Origin: a phage
Direction: 5' to 3' (one strand)
Sequence record: OZ335963.1
DNA length: 64,000 nucleotides
Within the stretch, counting starts at the first letter, position 1. Every line of letters starts with the position of its first letter. Under the pieces are notes generated by a model, which worked only from the letters and a program-made list of their open reading frames with translations, searched no databases and was not told the origin of the DNA. Positions 9,019 through 19,370 of the stretch are shown here, in pieces. Position numbers and translations under genes: made by a program.

Positions 9019-9576
9019 TTAAATGGAAAGATACCATCCGTTGTAGTTGCTTTTTCTTACAACCTTACGAAGGTCTTCTCTATCACCGATGAACTTCGGA
9101 GTGTACTGGATGACACCTGGGTGAATTTCTTTAGTGTTGAATATAATTATACAGTCAGCGACCTGATGATTCAGAATGGGCCCTAGATTTATTCCAGAAC
9201 CGTATGGATACTCTCCGCTGCATCCTGTTGTTACAGAAATCCAACGCGAGTCAGTTTGATGTGTCTTAACTTCTACACGAAGCCCACAGTATCTTGGATG
9301 CGCCAATACATCCCATGCGTATGTATACGGGTCATTAACATCCTCTTGGCCTTTGTTAACATACCCGCTCAGCCAATCTGCTACAAAAAACTCTGCGTAC
9401 ACCGCGATACGACATCTTTCGATAACTTCTGCTTTATCCTGGTTCGGGTTTTGTTTTAAAGAGTATCTTGCTGTATCAGCAATTTTGACCTTCATTTCAC
9501 TAGTCAAGTCACTGTTCGATAGGGTAAATGTCGGAATCTGAAATAGTCTCTGTAAACCCGGATTCGTTTTCTGCAT
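9019..9576 (-). CDS. denB: endonuclease IV DenB
   Basis: 185-aa ORF at the T4 denB position between ndd cluster and rIIB; size matches. Confidence 0.75.
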   Translation of the reverse strand: MQKTNPGLQRLFQIPTFTLSNSDLTSEMKVKIADTARYSLKQNPNQDKAEVIERCRIAVYAEFFVADWLSGYVNKGQEDVNDPYTYAWDVLAHPRYCGLRVEVKTHQTDSRWISVTTGCSGEYPYGSGINLGPILNHQVADCIIIFNTKEIHPGVIQYTPKFIGDREDLRKVVRKSNYNGWYLSI

Positions 9577-9838
9577 TTAGACTTTCCTTTTTACCGCTGA
9601 GATAAGCGTTATATACTTTAAGAGTGCCGTAATAAATTCGGTCATTTTCATCTAAAGACTCACGGTCAAGTTCATCGAGTTCCTTTTTATCCATGACTAT
9701 AATATCATTGCAGTAAAGAAACCCAAGTTTTTCGTGACCAAACTCAAATTTATTGCAGTACACAATATTAGCGTGATGATTTCCGTGCAGTTTAATCTCT
9801 TTTATGTCGGAATCACCGATATTCATACAATAAATCAT
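9509..9838 (-). CDS. hypothetical protein, 109 aa
   Basis: ORF; 3' end overlaps denB 5' end. Confidence 0.45.
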   Translation of the reverse strand: MIYCMNIGDSDIKEIKLHGNHHANIVYCNKFEFGHEKLGFLYCNDIIVMDKKELDELDRESLDENDRIYYGTLKVYNAYLSGKKESLNAENESGFTETISDSDIYPIEQ

Positions 9839-9847
9839 AATTTTTCC

Positions 9848-9873
9848 TTAAAACAAAAGGGCCGAAGCCCCTT
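9848..9873 (-). terminator. UUCG-loop hairpin with downstream U-rich tract (terminator-like)
   Basis: aaggggcttcggccctt followed by TTGTTTT on minus strand. Confidence 0.4.
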
Positions 9874-9876
9874 ATT

Positions 9877-10071
9877 TTATTTGAATTGTGCAATTCTTTT
9901 TTCTAAACAATCTGCGTAAGATTTCATTGAGATGAACTGTGAAAGCAGTAATTCTTGCTCAACTTCATTAATCGTTAGAAACTTTGTGCTTTCTAAAAAT
10001 TTGCTCAGTGCATTAATTTTGAGCATTAATTGATCGTATTCTTCTTTTACTCGTGCTTGATAACCTAACAT
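9877..10071 (-). CDS. hypothetical protein, 64 aa
   Basis: ORF immediately downstream of rIIB. Confidence 0.45.
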   Translation of the reverse strand: MLGYQARVKEEYDQLMLKINALSKFLESTKFLTINEVEQELLLSQFISMKSYADCLEKRIAQFK

Positions 10072-10099
10072 AATTTTCCTTAGTTAAGGGCCGAAGCCC

Positions 10100-11038
10100 T
10101 TATTTAAATTGTTCAGTAACGTCTTCAACTACTTCGTATTGGCAAGTACGCATTTTAGCATCGTTGTAATCAATCGGAATTGATACTACATCACGCGGAT
10201 GCACTTTAACTTTTACAACTCGACTGGTTGAACTGCCAAAGTGACGAATATAAGATTTAGAACACACATGCAGACCACGAGAACAAGTTTGTGTATCATC
10301 GTCATTCACACGAGTACGTGGCATTTTAACTACTTTACCAGGACTGTTATCAAAAGTATTTGAATGACAGTCAAAGTAATTACTGCGAACTACTTTCCAA
10401 GCATAGAAGTAACCATCTTCTGTGATTTCAATATCGTTTGCTACCAAGAAATCAAAGAGTCGAGATACCGCTTTTTGGCTCGGGTTTTCCAACAGATTTT
10501 CCAAGAACGGAAAATAAAATTCAAAGTTTTCGCCTTTTTCCATCGAATCGAGAATACGATCAACTAAACCAGATCGCAATTCAATATTTTGATAGAACAA
10601 GCTTCCACCTTCAATTCGAACATCACCGGAAATATATTTTTCAACAGCGCGACGAACATTAATTTTTTGTGCCGCTTCTTCCAATTTATCTGCAACAAGC
10701 AGATTAAGAATTTCCTGGAAGTTTGAATGAGTATTAGGAGTTGCGTTATAAGTTACACCATCAACAGTAATTGAAATGAATTTTTTAGATGCATTCCAAA
10801 TAATGTCAGATTTAGCAACTGGAGCAATAGCTGTATCGCTATTAACTTTAACAGTAATGTCACCGCTAATAGTAACTTTGGAGCGCTCAGCTTCTTCAGC
10901 ATTTTTCAAAACACGACGGATTGTGTCAACCGATACACCTTGCCAATCAGCCAATTCCTGTTGGGTGTAATTACCACTTGAATACAGTTTGACAATTTCA
11001 GCTTGTTCGTTTTTGGTCAGGCATTTAATATTGTACAT
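10100..11038 (-). CDS. rIIB: rIIB protein
   Basis: 312-aa ORF, same length as T4 rIIB, adjacent to rIIA. Confidence 0.9.
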   Translation of the reverse strand: MYNIKCLTKNEQAEIVKLYSSGNYTQQELADWQGVSVDTIRRVLKNAEEAERSKVTISGDITVKVNSDTAIAPVAKSDIIWNASKKFISITVDGVTYNATPNTHSNFQEILNLLVADKLEEAAQKINVRRAVEKYISGDVRIEGGSLFYQNIELRSGLVDRILDSMEKGENFEFYFPFLENLLENPSQKAVSRLFDFLVANDIEITEDGYFYAWKVVRSNYFDCHSNTFDNSPGKVVKMPRTRVNDDDTQTCSRGLHVCSKSYIRHFGSSTSRVVKVKVHPRDVVSIPIDYNDAKMRTCQYEVVEDVTEQFK

Positions 11039-11049
11039 AATTTTCCTTA

Positions 11050-13227
11050 TTAGGCCGCAAGGGCCTTCATAGTTTTAGCGATTTGGGAAACTTCATCATC
11101 ACTTAAAGAATTACGATAACCGATGAAGTCGGAAACAATACGGAATTTCTTGGTAAACTCAGCAACCATTTTATCACTATTTTTTGAAGCATTATATGAT
11201 AGTGTTTCAAAAAGATTAGTTACTGTCCAGATGTCATGACCGATGGTATCTTTTCCACCGTTGAAATATACACCCTGTAATGAACTCACCATATTAGCGA
11301 GTCGTGTATATTCTTCAGAAACTTCATCTACACTGAAGTACTTCATCATAAAATCTAGTTCAGGATACTTGATAATTTTATCAATATATCGTTTAGCTGA
11401 ACTTGAATAACCTACATACTTATCATAATCTACATCATCAAAAGCATCTACATATAAATCACGCAAAGTTTCAAAAATACATTGGCACTGACCAAGTTCT
11501 TTTACCTTTTTCTGCAAAAGCGGACGAATAACATAAAATTCATTAATGCCAATAAGATTAGCCATACGAATCAAAATATTCGTAGATGGATGACAAAGCG
11601 ATGTAGTACCATCCATAGAGAAAATATCAGAACGATGCATGTATGCTACATAACCAGTAATTTCATCTGCTTCTGACGTAAGTGTAAACAATTCCTCTTT
11701 TTCCCAGCGCCCGTCTTTAATTTCAAACTTAAATGCAGTGGCAGCTTTAGGACGAGGAGCTGTACTTTTTACTGCCTTTGGAATATAACTTTTAACTAAA
11801 GCTTCAATTTCTGACAAATAATGAATGTTAACTTCATCACTTTCAAACATTGCCATAATATCAGGGAGTAAATCAATCTGCGATTCTACTTCCGGATTAA
11901 TAAACAGAAGACGCTCATTGTGATGAATATTCAAAGTGTTATTAAATTCGCTATCATCTAATGCACGTGCTAATCCACGGACAATATTAACACGATTTTT
12001 AATATTATCAATAACAATATTAATTTTTGTCGTATTAATACCAAACAGACGATAACTTGATGCAACGGCTGAAGTTTCATGACTTTGCTTAATGCGTTTC
12101 AGTCGAGGGTCAAGATTTACTTCATACACAACCCCTGCATTGCATAACTTACTGTCAGGTTCAAACATGCTTTGCATCTTCTTATATGACAGATTTTTAG
12201 TCGTAAATTTGACTGAATTACTAATCATATAATCTCGAGCAGAATATCCCATCTTCATCAATTCACGGTATGTATGACGAGGAGATGTAGATTCTTTAAA
12301 TCGTTTTACATCTTCATTGAATGCTTTCTCACTAAGCTCTTTAACACGCTCAATAATATTTTTACGAGTACGATCATCTAGTGAAAGAGCTTCGCGTGAT
12401 GGAGCAATATCAAGTGAACCCATTGGAAACTTAATGTAATTCACTTCATTGCGGATGCTTAACCAGTTACGGTCTCTAATAACACCATCGATAGGATAAA
12501 CAATACCACCATAGATAGCATACAATCCACCGCGATCTGGCCAGTATCTTTCTGGATTTACGCCGTAATAGTCATCAAAATCCGGAAAATAATCAATTTC
12601 GCGGTCAAGACCATTAATGATAGCTAAATCTTTGAATGGTCGCATGATATAAGAAACTTCATAAGCAAAGTTTCTAAAGTCCTTTTCTTCAACTGGAACT
12701 ACGATTTCAATACCAGTTTTATCATCTGGACCCATTTCTTTTACAAACGTAGGTTTAATCTGCGGACCGTCACCATCCATGTAAGCTACATAACCACGAA
12801 TTTCACCTTTATGGTACGAAGTAATACTAAACGTATCAGTATAGCTAAACGGAGATTTAGAACCTAAACCAAATCCACCAATGAAATCGTTAGATTCGGC
12901 TTTAGATGAACTAAAGTATGAATTATACAACCCAGGAGAATTATCATCACCCTGAATATCAAAATCGCTCATACCTGGACCAAAATCTCGACAAACAAAT
13001 CGCGGATCTAATCGTCCTGGAACTTGAATGATAAATTTTTCAGGATTTCCATTGAGAGCATGGGCATCAATCATGTTAGTAATCAATTCACGGACTACTG
13101 CGCGAATTTTATTTGTATACAAATCAGATGACAGAATTTTAAATACTTTAGGAGATGCTGTGATGCTAAATGCTTTTGATTTAGAACCATTACCAAGAAT
13201 TGTTTCTTTTTCAGTGGTGATAATCAT
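11050..13227 (-). CDS. rIIA: rIIA protein
   Basis: 725-aa ORF, same length as T4 rIIA; GHKL-type ATPase-like N-terminus. Confidence 0.9.
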   Translation of the reverse strand: MIITTEKETILGNGSKSKAFSITASPKVFKILSSDLYTNKIRAVVRELITNMIDAHALNGNPEKFIIQVPGRLDPRFVCRDFGPGMSDFDIQGDDNSPGLYNSYFSSSKAESNDFIGGFGLGSKSPFSYTDTFSITSYHKGEIRGYVAYMDGDGPQIKPTFVKEMGPDDKTGIEIVVPVEEKDFRNFAYEVSYIMRPFKDLAIINGLDREIDYFPDFDDYYGVNPERYWPDRGGLYAIYGGIVYPIDGVIRDRNWLSIRNEVNYIKFPMGSLDIAPSREALSLDDRTRKNIIERVKELSEKAFNEDVKRFKESTSPRHTYRELMKMGYSARDYMISNSVKFTTKNLSYKKMQSMFEPDSKLCNAGVVYEVNLDPRLKRIKQSHETSAVASSYRLFGINTTKINIVIDNIKNRVNIVRGLARALDDSEFNNTLNIHHNERLLFINPEVESQIDLLPDIMAMFESDEVNIHYLSEIEALVKSYIPKAVKSTAPRPKAATAFKFEIKDGRWEKEELFTLTSEADEITGYVAYMHRSDIFSMDGTTSLCHPSTNILIRMANLIGINEFYVIRPLLQKKVKELGQCQCIFETLRDLYVDAFDDVDYDKYVGYSSSAKRYIDKIIKYPELDFMMKYFSVDEVSEEYTRLANMVSSLQGVYFNGGKDTIGHDIWTVTNLFETLSYNASKNSDKMVAEFTKKFRIVSDFIGYRNSLSDDEVSQIAKTMKALAA

Positions 13228-13237
13228 AATTTCCTCA

Positions 13238-13441
13238 TTAATTCATATTGCGTTTAATAACTTCAGCAACTTCTAGTAGTTCATCTTTAGTTGCGGTGTC
13301 GGATTGAATTTTATCTCTAATATCCTTAAAGCGGTTTTTAAACTCTTCAGCTTCTCCCATATCGAAAAAGCGTTGAATGATTCTATATTCTCGATGAACT
13401 GCTTTATCAAAAAGTTCTAAATTTACTCTATATGATTTCAT
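13238..13441 (-). CDS. rIIA.1-like small protein, 67 aa
   Basis: ORF directly upstream of rIIA with its own early promoter and GAGGA SD. Confidence 0.6.
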   Translation of the reverse strand: MKSYRVNLELFDKAVHREYRIIQRFFDMGEAEEFKNRFKDIRDKIQSDTATKDELLEVAEVIKRNMN

Positions 13442-13466
13442 TTCAATATCCTCATTTGCCCAATTA

Positions 13467-13496
13467 ATTATACCACATCCTTGTGGTAAAGTAAAC
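13467..13496 (-). promoter_or_regulatory. T4 early-type promoter (GTTTAC, 18 bp, TATAAT)
   Basis: Minus-sense GTTTAC 13491-13496, TATAAT 13467-13472; overlaps 3' end of gene 39. Confidence 0.55.
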
Positions 13497-15316
13497 TATT
13501 GGCTCATCCATTCTTTACGAAGGTCAGCATTATCTCCCATGAGCATTTCAAAAAGCTCTTTCCAGTTCTCAGGAAGTTTAACAACATCATATACTGGGTT
13601 TTGAATCATCTCACGATATTCAGATTTTTCCAAAGAGCCAAGTCCCTTAATATAACGGATGCTATGTTTAGGTAGAGCATCTTTGGCACTCTCATATTCA
13701 GCGACTGTATAAAACCATTCTTGTTTTTTACCGACCTGAGCGATGATTACAGGAGTTTTGACGAAGCGAATTCTTCCTTGTTCAAACAGTTCTGGCCAAT
13801 TACTAAAAAATCCGAGCAGAGAAGGATAAATGCTTCCTAGACCATCATGGTCAGCATCAGTCATAATAGCAATATTATGATAATTCAAGTTTTCAGCCTT
13901 TTCACCAAGAACTAATCCAGTGATTGCGCAAATATCAAACAGTTCTTTGTTTTTAAGCATATCAGCATATGACATACCCCAACTGTTGAGAACTTTACCA
14001 CGTAATGGATAACCACCATGAAGTTCTTTATCACGAACATCAATAAGATATCCGATAGCAGAATCACCCTCAGTCAAGAAAAGAGTCGTGTCAGCGTCTT
14101 TACCACAAAGATTCGCTTTAATATGTTTATGAACCTTAGCTTTAGAAGCCTTTTTAGCTGCTTTAGTTTCTGCTGCCTTTTCTGCAGCCAATTTACGAGC
14201 CAAGGCAGCTTCAATAATTGGCATTAAAATTGCTTCATTATTTAAAATAGCGCGTGAAATCTTTTTAGCATCAAGCTGAATATGACTACGAATTTCACCA
14301 AATGGAGAAGTCAAACGCTCTTTAGTCTGAGAATCAAATCGCATGTTTTTCATATCACGAACAAACATAACGATAGTCAAACATTCTTTAACACGTGCTT
14401 TAGTTACATCAATTTTGAATTTACGTTTGATTTGTGGAATAAGGTCTTCACAAATATCATCCATAACACAATCAATGTGATGGCCACCATTCTTAGTATG
14501 AATGTTATTGACGTATGTTAATTGACGAAAACCATCCGGTGAACGACCAACCGCAATAGAACAATTTTCTTGTTCTTGAACAATAGCATGCTCATCATAT
14601 TGGCGTGCATATTTCTTAAAATTACCCTGAACCTTTTTACCATTAAAGGTAAATTGAATATCAGGATAAACTACTGCAAGTGTCTGGAGACGATCCAGTG
14701 TAATGTCAAGATAAACTTGAGATAGCTCATTAGTTTCAAATGACATAAAATCAGGAATGAAAGTAACGCGAGTTCCTTTCCATTTTCCAGGAATATCTTC
14801 CCATGATTTATTTTCCATGCCATTTGAACAACGAACTACAATATTATTTTGACCGTCGCCAGTTTCACCGACAAACATCACAGAAAAAATGTTAGTTAAA
14901 CTAGAGCCAACACCGTTCATACCGCCAGTGACGCGTTCTTTATCATCACCAAAGTTACCACCTGCTTTTGGAATAGTCCAGGCAGCAACAGGACCAGGAA
15001 TTTCTTCACCAGTAGGTGTTTTAACCATCGCTTGTGGAATACCACGACCGTTATCTTCAACTGTTACTTGATTGTTTTTAATAGTAACATTAATTTTATT
15101 CGCGAATTTAAACTTAGTACGAATACCTTCATCTACTGAGTTATCGATAATTTCATCAATAAGCTTAACAAGACCAGGTACATACTGAACACTTTCCCAT
15201 TTACCAAACAGAAAGCGCTCATGCATTTCATTAGCAGAAGAACCAATGTACATGCCGCTACGCTTTTTGATATGTTCAATATCGCTCAGAATTTTAATTT
15301 CATTCTTAATCATCAC
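13496..15316 (-). CDS. 39: DNA topoisomerase II large subunit gp39 (GyrB-like), unsplit
   Basis: 606-aa continuous ORF (MIKNEIKILSDIEHIKKRSGMYIGSS...), GHKL ATPase plus toprim; no separate gene 60. Confidence 0.9.
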   Translation of the reverse strand: MMIKNEIKILSDIEHIKKRSGMYIGSSANEMHERFLFGKWESVQYVPGLVKLIDEIIDNSVDEGIRTKFKFANKINVTIKNNQVTVEDNGRGIPQAMVKTPTGEEIPGPVAAWTIPKAGGNFGDDKERVTGGMNGVGSSLTNIFSVMFVGETGDGQNNIVVRCSNGMENKSWEDIPGKWKGTRVTFIPDFMSFETNELSQVYLDITLDRLQTLAVVYPDIQFTFNGKKVQGNFKKYARQYDEHAIVQEQENCSIAVGRSPDGFRQLTYVNNIHTKNGGHHIDCVMDDICEDLIPQIKRKFKIDVTKARVKECLTIVMFVRDMKNMRFDSQTKERLTSPFGEIRSHIQLDAKKISRAILNNEAILMPIIEAALARKLAAEKAAETKAAKKASKAKVHKHIKANLCGKDADTTLFLTEGDSAIGYLIDVRDKELHGGYPLRGKVLNSWGMSYADMLKNKELFDICAITGLVLGEKAENLNYHNIAIMTDADHDGLGSIYPSLLGFFSNWPELFEQGRIRFVKTPVIIAQVGKKQEWFYTVAEYESAKDALPKHSIRYIKGLGSLEKSEYREMIQNPVYDVVKLPENWKELFEMLMGDNADLRKEWMSQ

Positions 15317-15382
15317 TTATCCTCGTTTGGTTTCGGGAATATTATACTCCGGTAATCATAAAGCTAAAGGCCCGAAGGCCTT

Positions 15383-15655
15383 TTATTTAAAACGGATAGT
15401 TGAATCCTTGAAGAATAGACCAGAACATACGGTTCCTTCTACTTTCTGCCCGGTAGGTCCAATAGCGCGAAATCCAGTATGTTGGAAATCATTTTCAGAG
15501 CAACCGAACCAATTATATCCAGTGATTTCAATATTAGTAAAACCGCTTGAAGACAAAACTTTGGTTGCATTATCAGCATCAGTACATCCTACTAAAGATA
15601 CTGCTAATACTAATGCCGCGATAGAACGATTAACATATTTCATAATTTCACTCAA
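15383..15655 (-). CDS. putative lipoprotein, 90 aa
   Basis: Signal peptide with lipobox (LAVSLVGC). Confidence 0.5.
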   Translation of the reverse strand: MSEIMKYVNRSIAALVLAVSLVGCTDADNATKVLSSSGFTNIEITGYNWFGCSENDFQHTGFRAIGPTGQKVEGTVCSGLFFKDSTIRFK

Positions 15656-16019
15656 ATTTAATGGCTTGAAGGAGACTAATAATTCTCAAGCGGCTTCTTT
15701 CATCTTTAACTGTAAAAGAAAGAGGATCGCCAGATTTCATAGTGATAGTACATTCAAAATCAAAATCTTCAGGAACTTCTTCGAAGAAATCAAATTCTTC
15801 ATCATAAATTAGAACATTACTCTGAAAACTGTGAAGAATTTTTCCATCATTTCCAGATGCTGTACTAATCATTGTAACATTATGGCCTTTCATATCTTCA
15901 ACGATAAATTCGCTTGTAGATATTACGGCATTAATAGAACCATTCCTATAAATAGAAGAAAGTAAATATTTCTTTTCTTCACCTTCACGAATGCGATATT
16001 TCTTACCGATTTTAAACAT
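15648..16019 (-). CDS. hypothetical protein, ~123 aa
   Basis: ORF; start chosen at first ATG (MFKIGKKY...). Confidence 0.45.
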   Translation of the reverse strand: MFKIGKKYRIREGEEKKYLLSSIYRNGSINAVISTSEFIVEDMKGHNVTMISTASGNDGKILHSFQSNVLIYDEEFDFFEEVPEDFDFECTITMKSGDPLSFTVKDERSRLRIISLLQAIKFE

Positions 16020-16021
16020 AA

Positions 16022-16198
16022 TCACCCTTTAAGTAAGTCGTAAAAACCACCATTCACATGCTTAGGAGCAGAAGGCCGACGAGTAGACAGACGATGACAT
16101 TTAGGGCAAACATCATTTTCTCGTTCAGAAATCTTTTTAATTTTTTCATATTTATGGCCGCAATCTTCGGATTGGCATTTATAATCATACATTGGCAT
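16022..16198 (-). CDS. zinc-ribbon protein, 58 aa
   Basis: MPMYDYKCQSEDCGHKYE...CPKCHRL: two CxxC pairs. Confidence 0.45.
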   Translation of the reverse strand: MPMYDYKCQSEDCGHKYEKIKKISERENDVCPKCHRLSTRRPSAPKHVNGGFYDLLKG

Positions 16199-16200
16199 AA

Positions 16201-16620
16201 TTATTCCTTAAAGTGAGCTTTCAACATCTGGTACAAGGACCATGCCTGTTCATTATTTTCAATAGTAACTTTCATGACAGGAAATGCTGTGAAATCTTCT
16301 ATTTGTTCTTGCTCTTCCTGCTCTTGCTCTTCAGCTGCCTGATATGGATTTTCAACTTCATTAAAGAATTCAGCTTCATTCGATGAAAGCCAAATAAAAT
16401 CTTCATCCAAAATATCTTTACCAGAAGATAGTACTAAATTTCCAGCAAATGACATAATTTTAATAGGACGCCCAAGAGCATCCACATCTAAAATTTTAAA
16501 AGGATGCATACCTAAACGGCGTGCATAGATTCCGTTATCAGTATGGTCTTTAATAAAATTTTCTTGAGCTTGTTTATTTTTAAATTGATACCATTTATTA
16601 ACTTCAAATCTAATAGCCAT
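16201..16620 (-). CDS. hypothetical protein, 139 aa, with acidic EQ repeat
   Basis: ORF; internal [10 protein letters not shown] tract encoded by short repeats. Confidence 0.5.
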   Translation of the reverse strand: MAIRFEVNKWYQFKNKQAQENFIKDHTDNGIYARRLGMHPFKILDVDALGRPIKIMSFAGNLVLSSGKDILDEDFIWLSSNEAEFFNEVENPYQAAEEQEQEEQEQIEDFTAFPVMKVTIENNEQAWSLYQMLKAHFKE

Positions 16621-16835
16621 TAATAAATTTCCTTCCAGTAAGTTGTGCCGTCTTCAGTGATTTCACGGAATACACCGTAAATTGGCTGTTTATCACCAAT
16701 CTTTTCGTACACATAAACCGAAGTCAAGTGAGTAAACTTAACGGTGTGTTCCTTTTGAACTACTACCAAATCTGGATCGAATAACACATCTTCAAATTCG
16801 TCATTAGTGCAGTTCTGAACAATTTTACGTTTCAT
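16620..16835 (-). CDS. hypothetical protein, 71 aa
   Basis: ORF overlapping downstream start by 1 nt. Confidence 0.45.
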   Translation of the reverse strand: MKRKIVQNCTNDEFEDVLFDPDLVVVQKEHTVKFTHLTSVYVYEKIGDKQPIYGVFREITEDGTTYWKEIY

Positions 16836-17006
16836 TACAATTTCCTCATTAATTGAACATTGGAGCGATGCGTTTCAGAAGAGTGGCAGCACCTTTGGCA
16901 AATTTTCCATTTTATTCTCCAAGTTATTTTCTGTATCAGTAGTTGATATTGATATAGTACCATAATCAACTACTGATGTATATAGTTTTATGAAAAAATT
17001 TAAACT

Positions 17007-17504
17007 TTATGCATAGCGAGCTTTGCTATAGTGTTTAATCCAACTTTCAGGAATGACTTTGTATGTTCCTAAAAATACCGCATTGTACAACTTAACGCCA
17101 TCTTCTACCCATTGATCGGTAATGTATGCACACATAGCGCGAGTACGATGTTTTTGAACAACCCCTTCTTCGTCTTCGGTAAATTCAAATTCATAAGGAG
17201 CGACGAACTTAATAGCTTGACCGAGTTTCCACTTAAAGTCTACACCTACATGCGAAGTATCAATCGTTTCAATTCCTTTAGCAGGAACAGCTTTCAAAAA
17301 CGCAGACTCAAGAAATTTCGCACGAACATAGCCAAACTGGGGTTTAGACTTTCCATCTTTAGGAATGATACGCACTTTTACTTCAGAATCTTCATCTTTA
17401 ACACCGTGTTTAAGCTGAATGCTTACAATTTCAACCAATTTTCCTGCTGCTTTAGAACGGGATTTATCAGATACACGAGCAATTTCACCAATATTAATAA
17501 TCAT
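17007..17504 (-). CDS. MotB-like protein (paralog 1), 165 aa
   Basis: ORF at motB position of T4 order; C-terminal motif ITDQWVEDGVKLYNAV shared with next ORF. Confidence 0.45.
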   Translation of the reverse strand: MIINIGEIARVSDKSRSKAAGKLVEIVSIQLKHGVKDEDSEVKVRIIPKDGKSKPQFGYVRAKFLESAFLKAVPAKGIETIDTSHVGVDFKWKLGQAIKFVAPYEFEFTEDEEGVVQKHRTRAMCAYITDQWVEDGVKLYNAVFLGTYKVIPESWIKHYSKARYA

Positions 17505-17548
17505 AGTTATCTCTCACTTGTTAAAAAGATTTTATACTCCACAGGACC

Positions 17549-17578
17549 ATTATACTCTGGTCCCAAGAGTTTGTAAAC
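17549..17578 (-). promoter_or_regulatory. T4 early-type promoter (GTTTAC, 18 bp, TATAAT)
   Basis: Minus-sense GTTTAC 17573-17578, TATAAT 17549-17554. Confidence 0.5.
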
Positions 17579-17580
17579 TA

Positions 17581-18120
17581 TTAATTCAAAATAGCTACCA
17601 CTGCACTACGAGGTACTACGCTAAAATCACCTGCATGAACAACGTTCAGGAGTTCAACGCCATCTTCAATCCACTGGTCTGTTACCCAACCACAGACCGA
17701 AATAAATGGAGTCTTGATAGCTACTGCACGAGTCAAAAGGTCAGTAGGATCAACTTCTTTGAAGAGGATAATCTCTGCTTCAAAGACTATAGTTTTAATT
17801 ACTTCATCATTATCTAAGCGTTGTGCTCGAATCACGTAAGCTTTATTCTTATCATACCAATTACTTTTTGAAAAACTTTTAACCACAAACTCGCCTTCAC
17901 CAAAAACACTAGTCAATGCTTTATAACCCAAATCTAGTTCAGTAGTTTTAATTTCAGTTTCAACCAGTTTGTAGATTTTGCCGATTTCAATAGCGGTAGT
18001 CATAGTAGGTTCCTTAATTTCCAGTGGTTTAACAGGGCATACATAAGTGCTTACAACATCAAAATCAATCAGTTTAGCTACCGGATTTGGTGTGTATTCA
18101 GGATTATAATTAAATTTCAT
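17581..18120 (-). CDS. MotB-like protein (paralog 2), 179 aa
   Basis: C-terminal motif VTDQWIEDGVELLNVV homologous to 17007-17504. Confidence 0.45.
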   Translation of the reverse strand: MKFNYNPEYTPNPVAKLIDFDVVSTYVCPVKPLEIKEPTMTTAIEIGKIYKLVETEIKTTELDLGYKALTSVFGEGEFVVKSFSKSNWYDKNKAYVIRAQRLDNDEVIKTIVFEAEIILFKEVDPTDLLTRAVAIKTPFISVCGWVTDQWIEDGVELLNVVHAGDFSVVPRSAVVAILN

Positions 18121-18122
18121 AA

Positions 18123-18624
18123 TTATCTCATTTCAATAAAATCTATAAGTTCAGCATGGGATTTACGGAACATTACTTGATGTCCGCCAATGATAACTTG
18201 GTCATCTGGCACTTCGTATACAGCAAGATAAAATCCTTTAGAAGATAATTCTTCACGCTCTTCTCGTGTGAACCATCTCATCATATCATATTCGCTAGCG
18301 AAAGCAAAATGATAAAGACCTATAAACCATCCTGGAATATGATATTCTACTCCAACATAATCTTTCTTGAACTTAGTATTAATTACTATATTAGCGTTTT
18401 TAACTAATTGTTTATCTTCATGTGGTACAGGAATTCTTTTATTATCCTCATTATGATGCATAAAATTAGGTCTACTATAACCTACACGTAATAGCCACTC
18501 TTCGCTCCATGAATCTATTATACTCCTATATGGTGTTATTTGAACACAAAGATTTCGACGTATTGTTATAGCATCTTCACAATCAAGAATACTAAACGAT
18601 GATTCAACACGATAAATTTTCATT
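18123..18624 (-). CDS. hypothetical protein, 167 aa
   Basis: Start at ATG after promoter (MKIYRVESSF...); track ORF extends through the promoter. Confidence 0.5.
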
Positions 18625-18650
18625 TTATTATCCTCAGTAGCTATGGTGTT

Positions 18651-18680
18651 ATAATACCACAACTAACCGAGGAAGTAAAC
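18651..18680 (-). promoter_or_regulatory. T4 early-type promoter (GTTTAC, 18 bp, TATTAT)
   Basis: Minus-sense GTTTAC 18675-18680, TATTAT 18651-18656. Confidence 0.5.
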
Positions 18681-18686
18681 AACTTT

Positions 18687-19370
18687 TTATCGTTTTGTTG
18701 GAAGAGACAGAGGATCGCACTCTTCCTCTGACGGAGCATCTTCAAGACCCATAGCATATCGCAAAGCATACTTCATCATCAGGATGTCTTTCGCACAATC
18801 ATGAATAGAATCATGCGCAACGAATCCGTCTAAAGTTCCCTTTGGAAGAGGACATGTGGTCATATCACGAACAAGCAGAAGTGCTTCAATTCTGGTACGA
18901 ATATCACGCTGATTCCAGAATTTACATGGTTCTAACTTAAATGTATCAAGCTCATTCTCAGAAACGCCGTTAAAACGTTGAATATCGCGAATGAGATCAA
19001 CTAAAATTGGAAAATCAAACGACATTCCACGGCACCAGCCTTGAGATTTCCAAGGATCGATGTTATGTGCATTGATATAATCATTAAATTTTACAATACC
19101 ATCGATGGTGCTTACATCTTCATCTGATGGTGCAATATTTTTTCGAGCTTCAGGAGACTGATTTTTCCACCATTCGATAGTGCTTTTAGTAAAAAGACGA
19201 TGTCCTTTTTGACTTTTTAAATCAAATTTGATTTTAATGCCGCGCGAAACTAATTCATCAAATGTTTCAACTACTTCTGGGTTAGGATCAAAGGCAATAA
19301 CAGCTAAGTCAATAACAGCTGCTTTTTCACCGCTTCCCATTGTTTCAAAATCTATAATAAAATCAAACAT
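18687..19370 (-). CDS. dexA: exonuclease A DexA (DnaQ-like 3'-5' exonuclease)
   Basis: Start at MFDFIIDFETMG (DEDD-type exo motif), 227 aa as in T4 DexA. Confidence 0.75.
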   Translation of the reverse strand: MFDFIIDFETMGSGEKAAVIDLAVIAFDPNPEVVETFDELVSRGIKIKFDLKSQKGHRLFTKSTIEWWKNQSPEARKNIAPSDEDVSTIDGIVKFNDYINAHNIDPWKSQGWCRGMSFDFPILVDLIRDIQRFNGVSENELDTFKLEPCKFWNQRDIRTRIEALLLVRDMTTCPLPKGTLDGFVAHDSIHDCAKDILMMKYALRYAMGLEDAPSEEECDPLSLPTKR

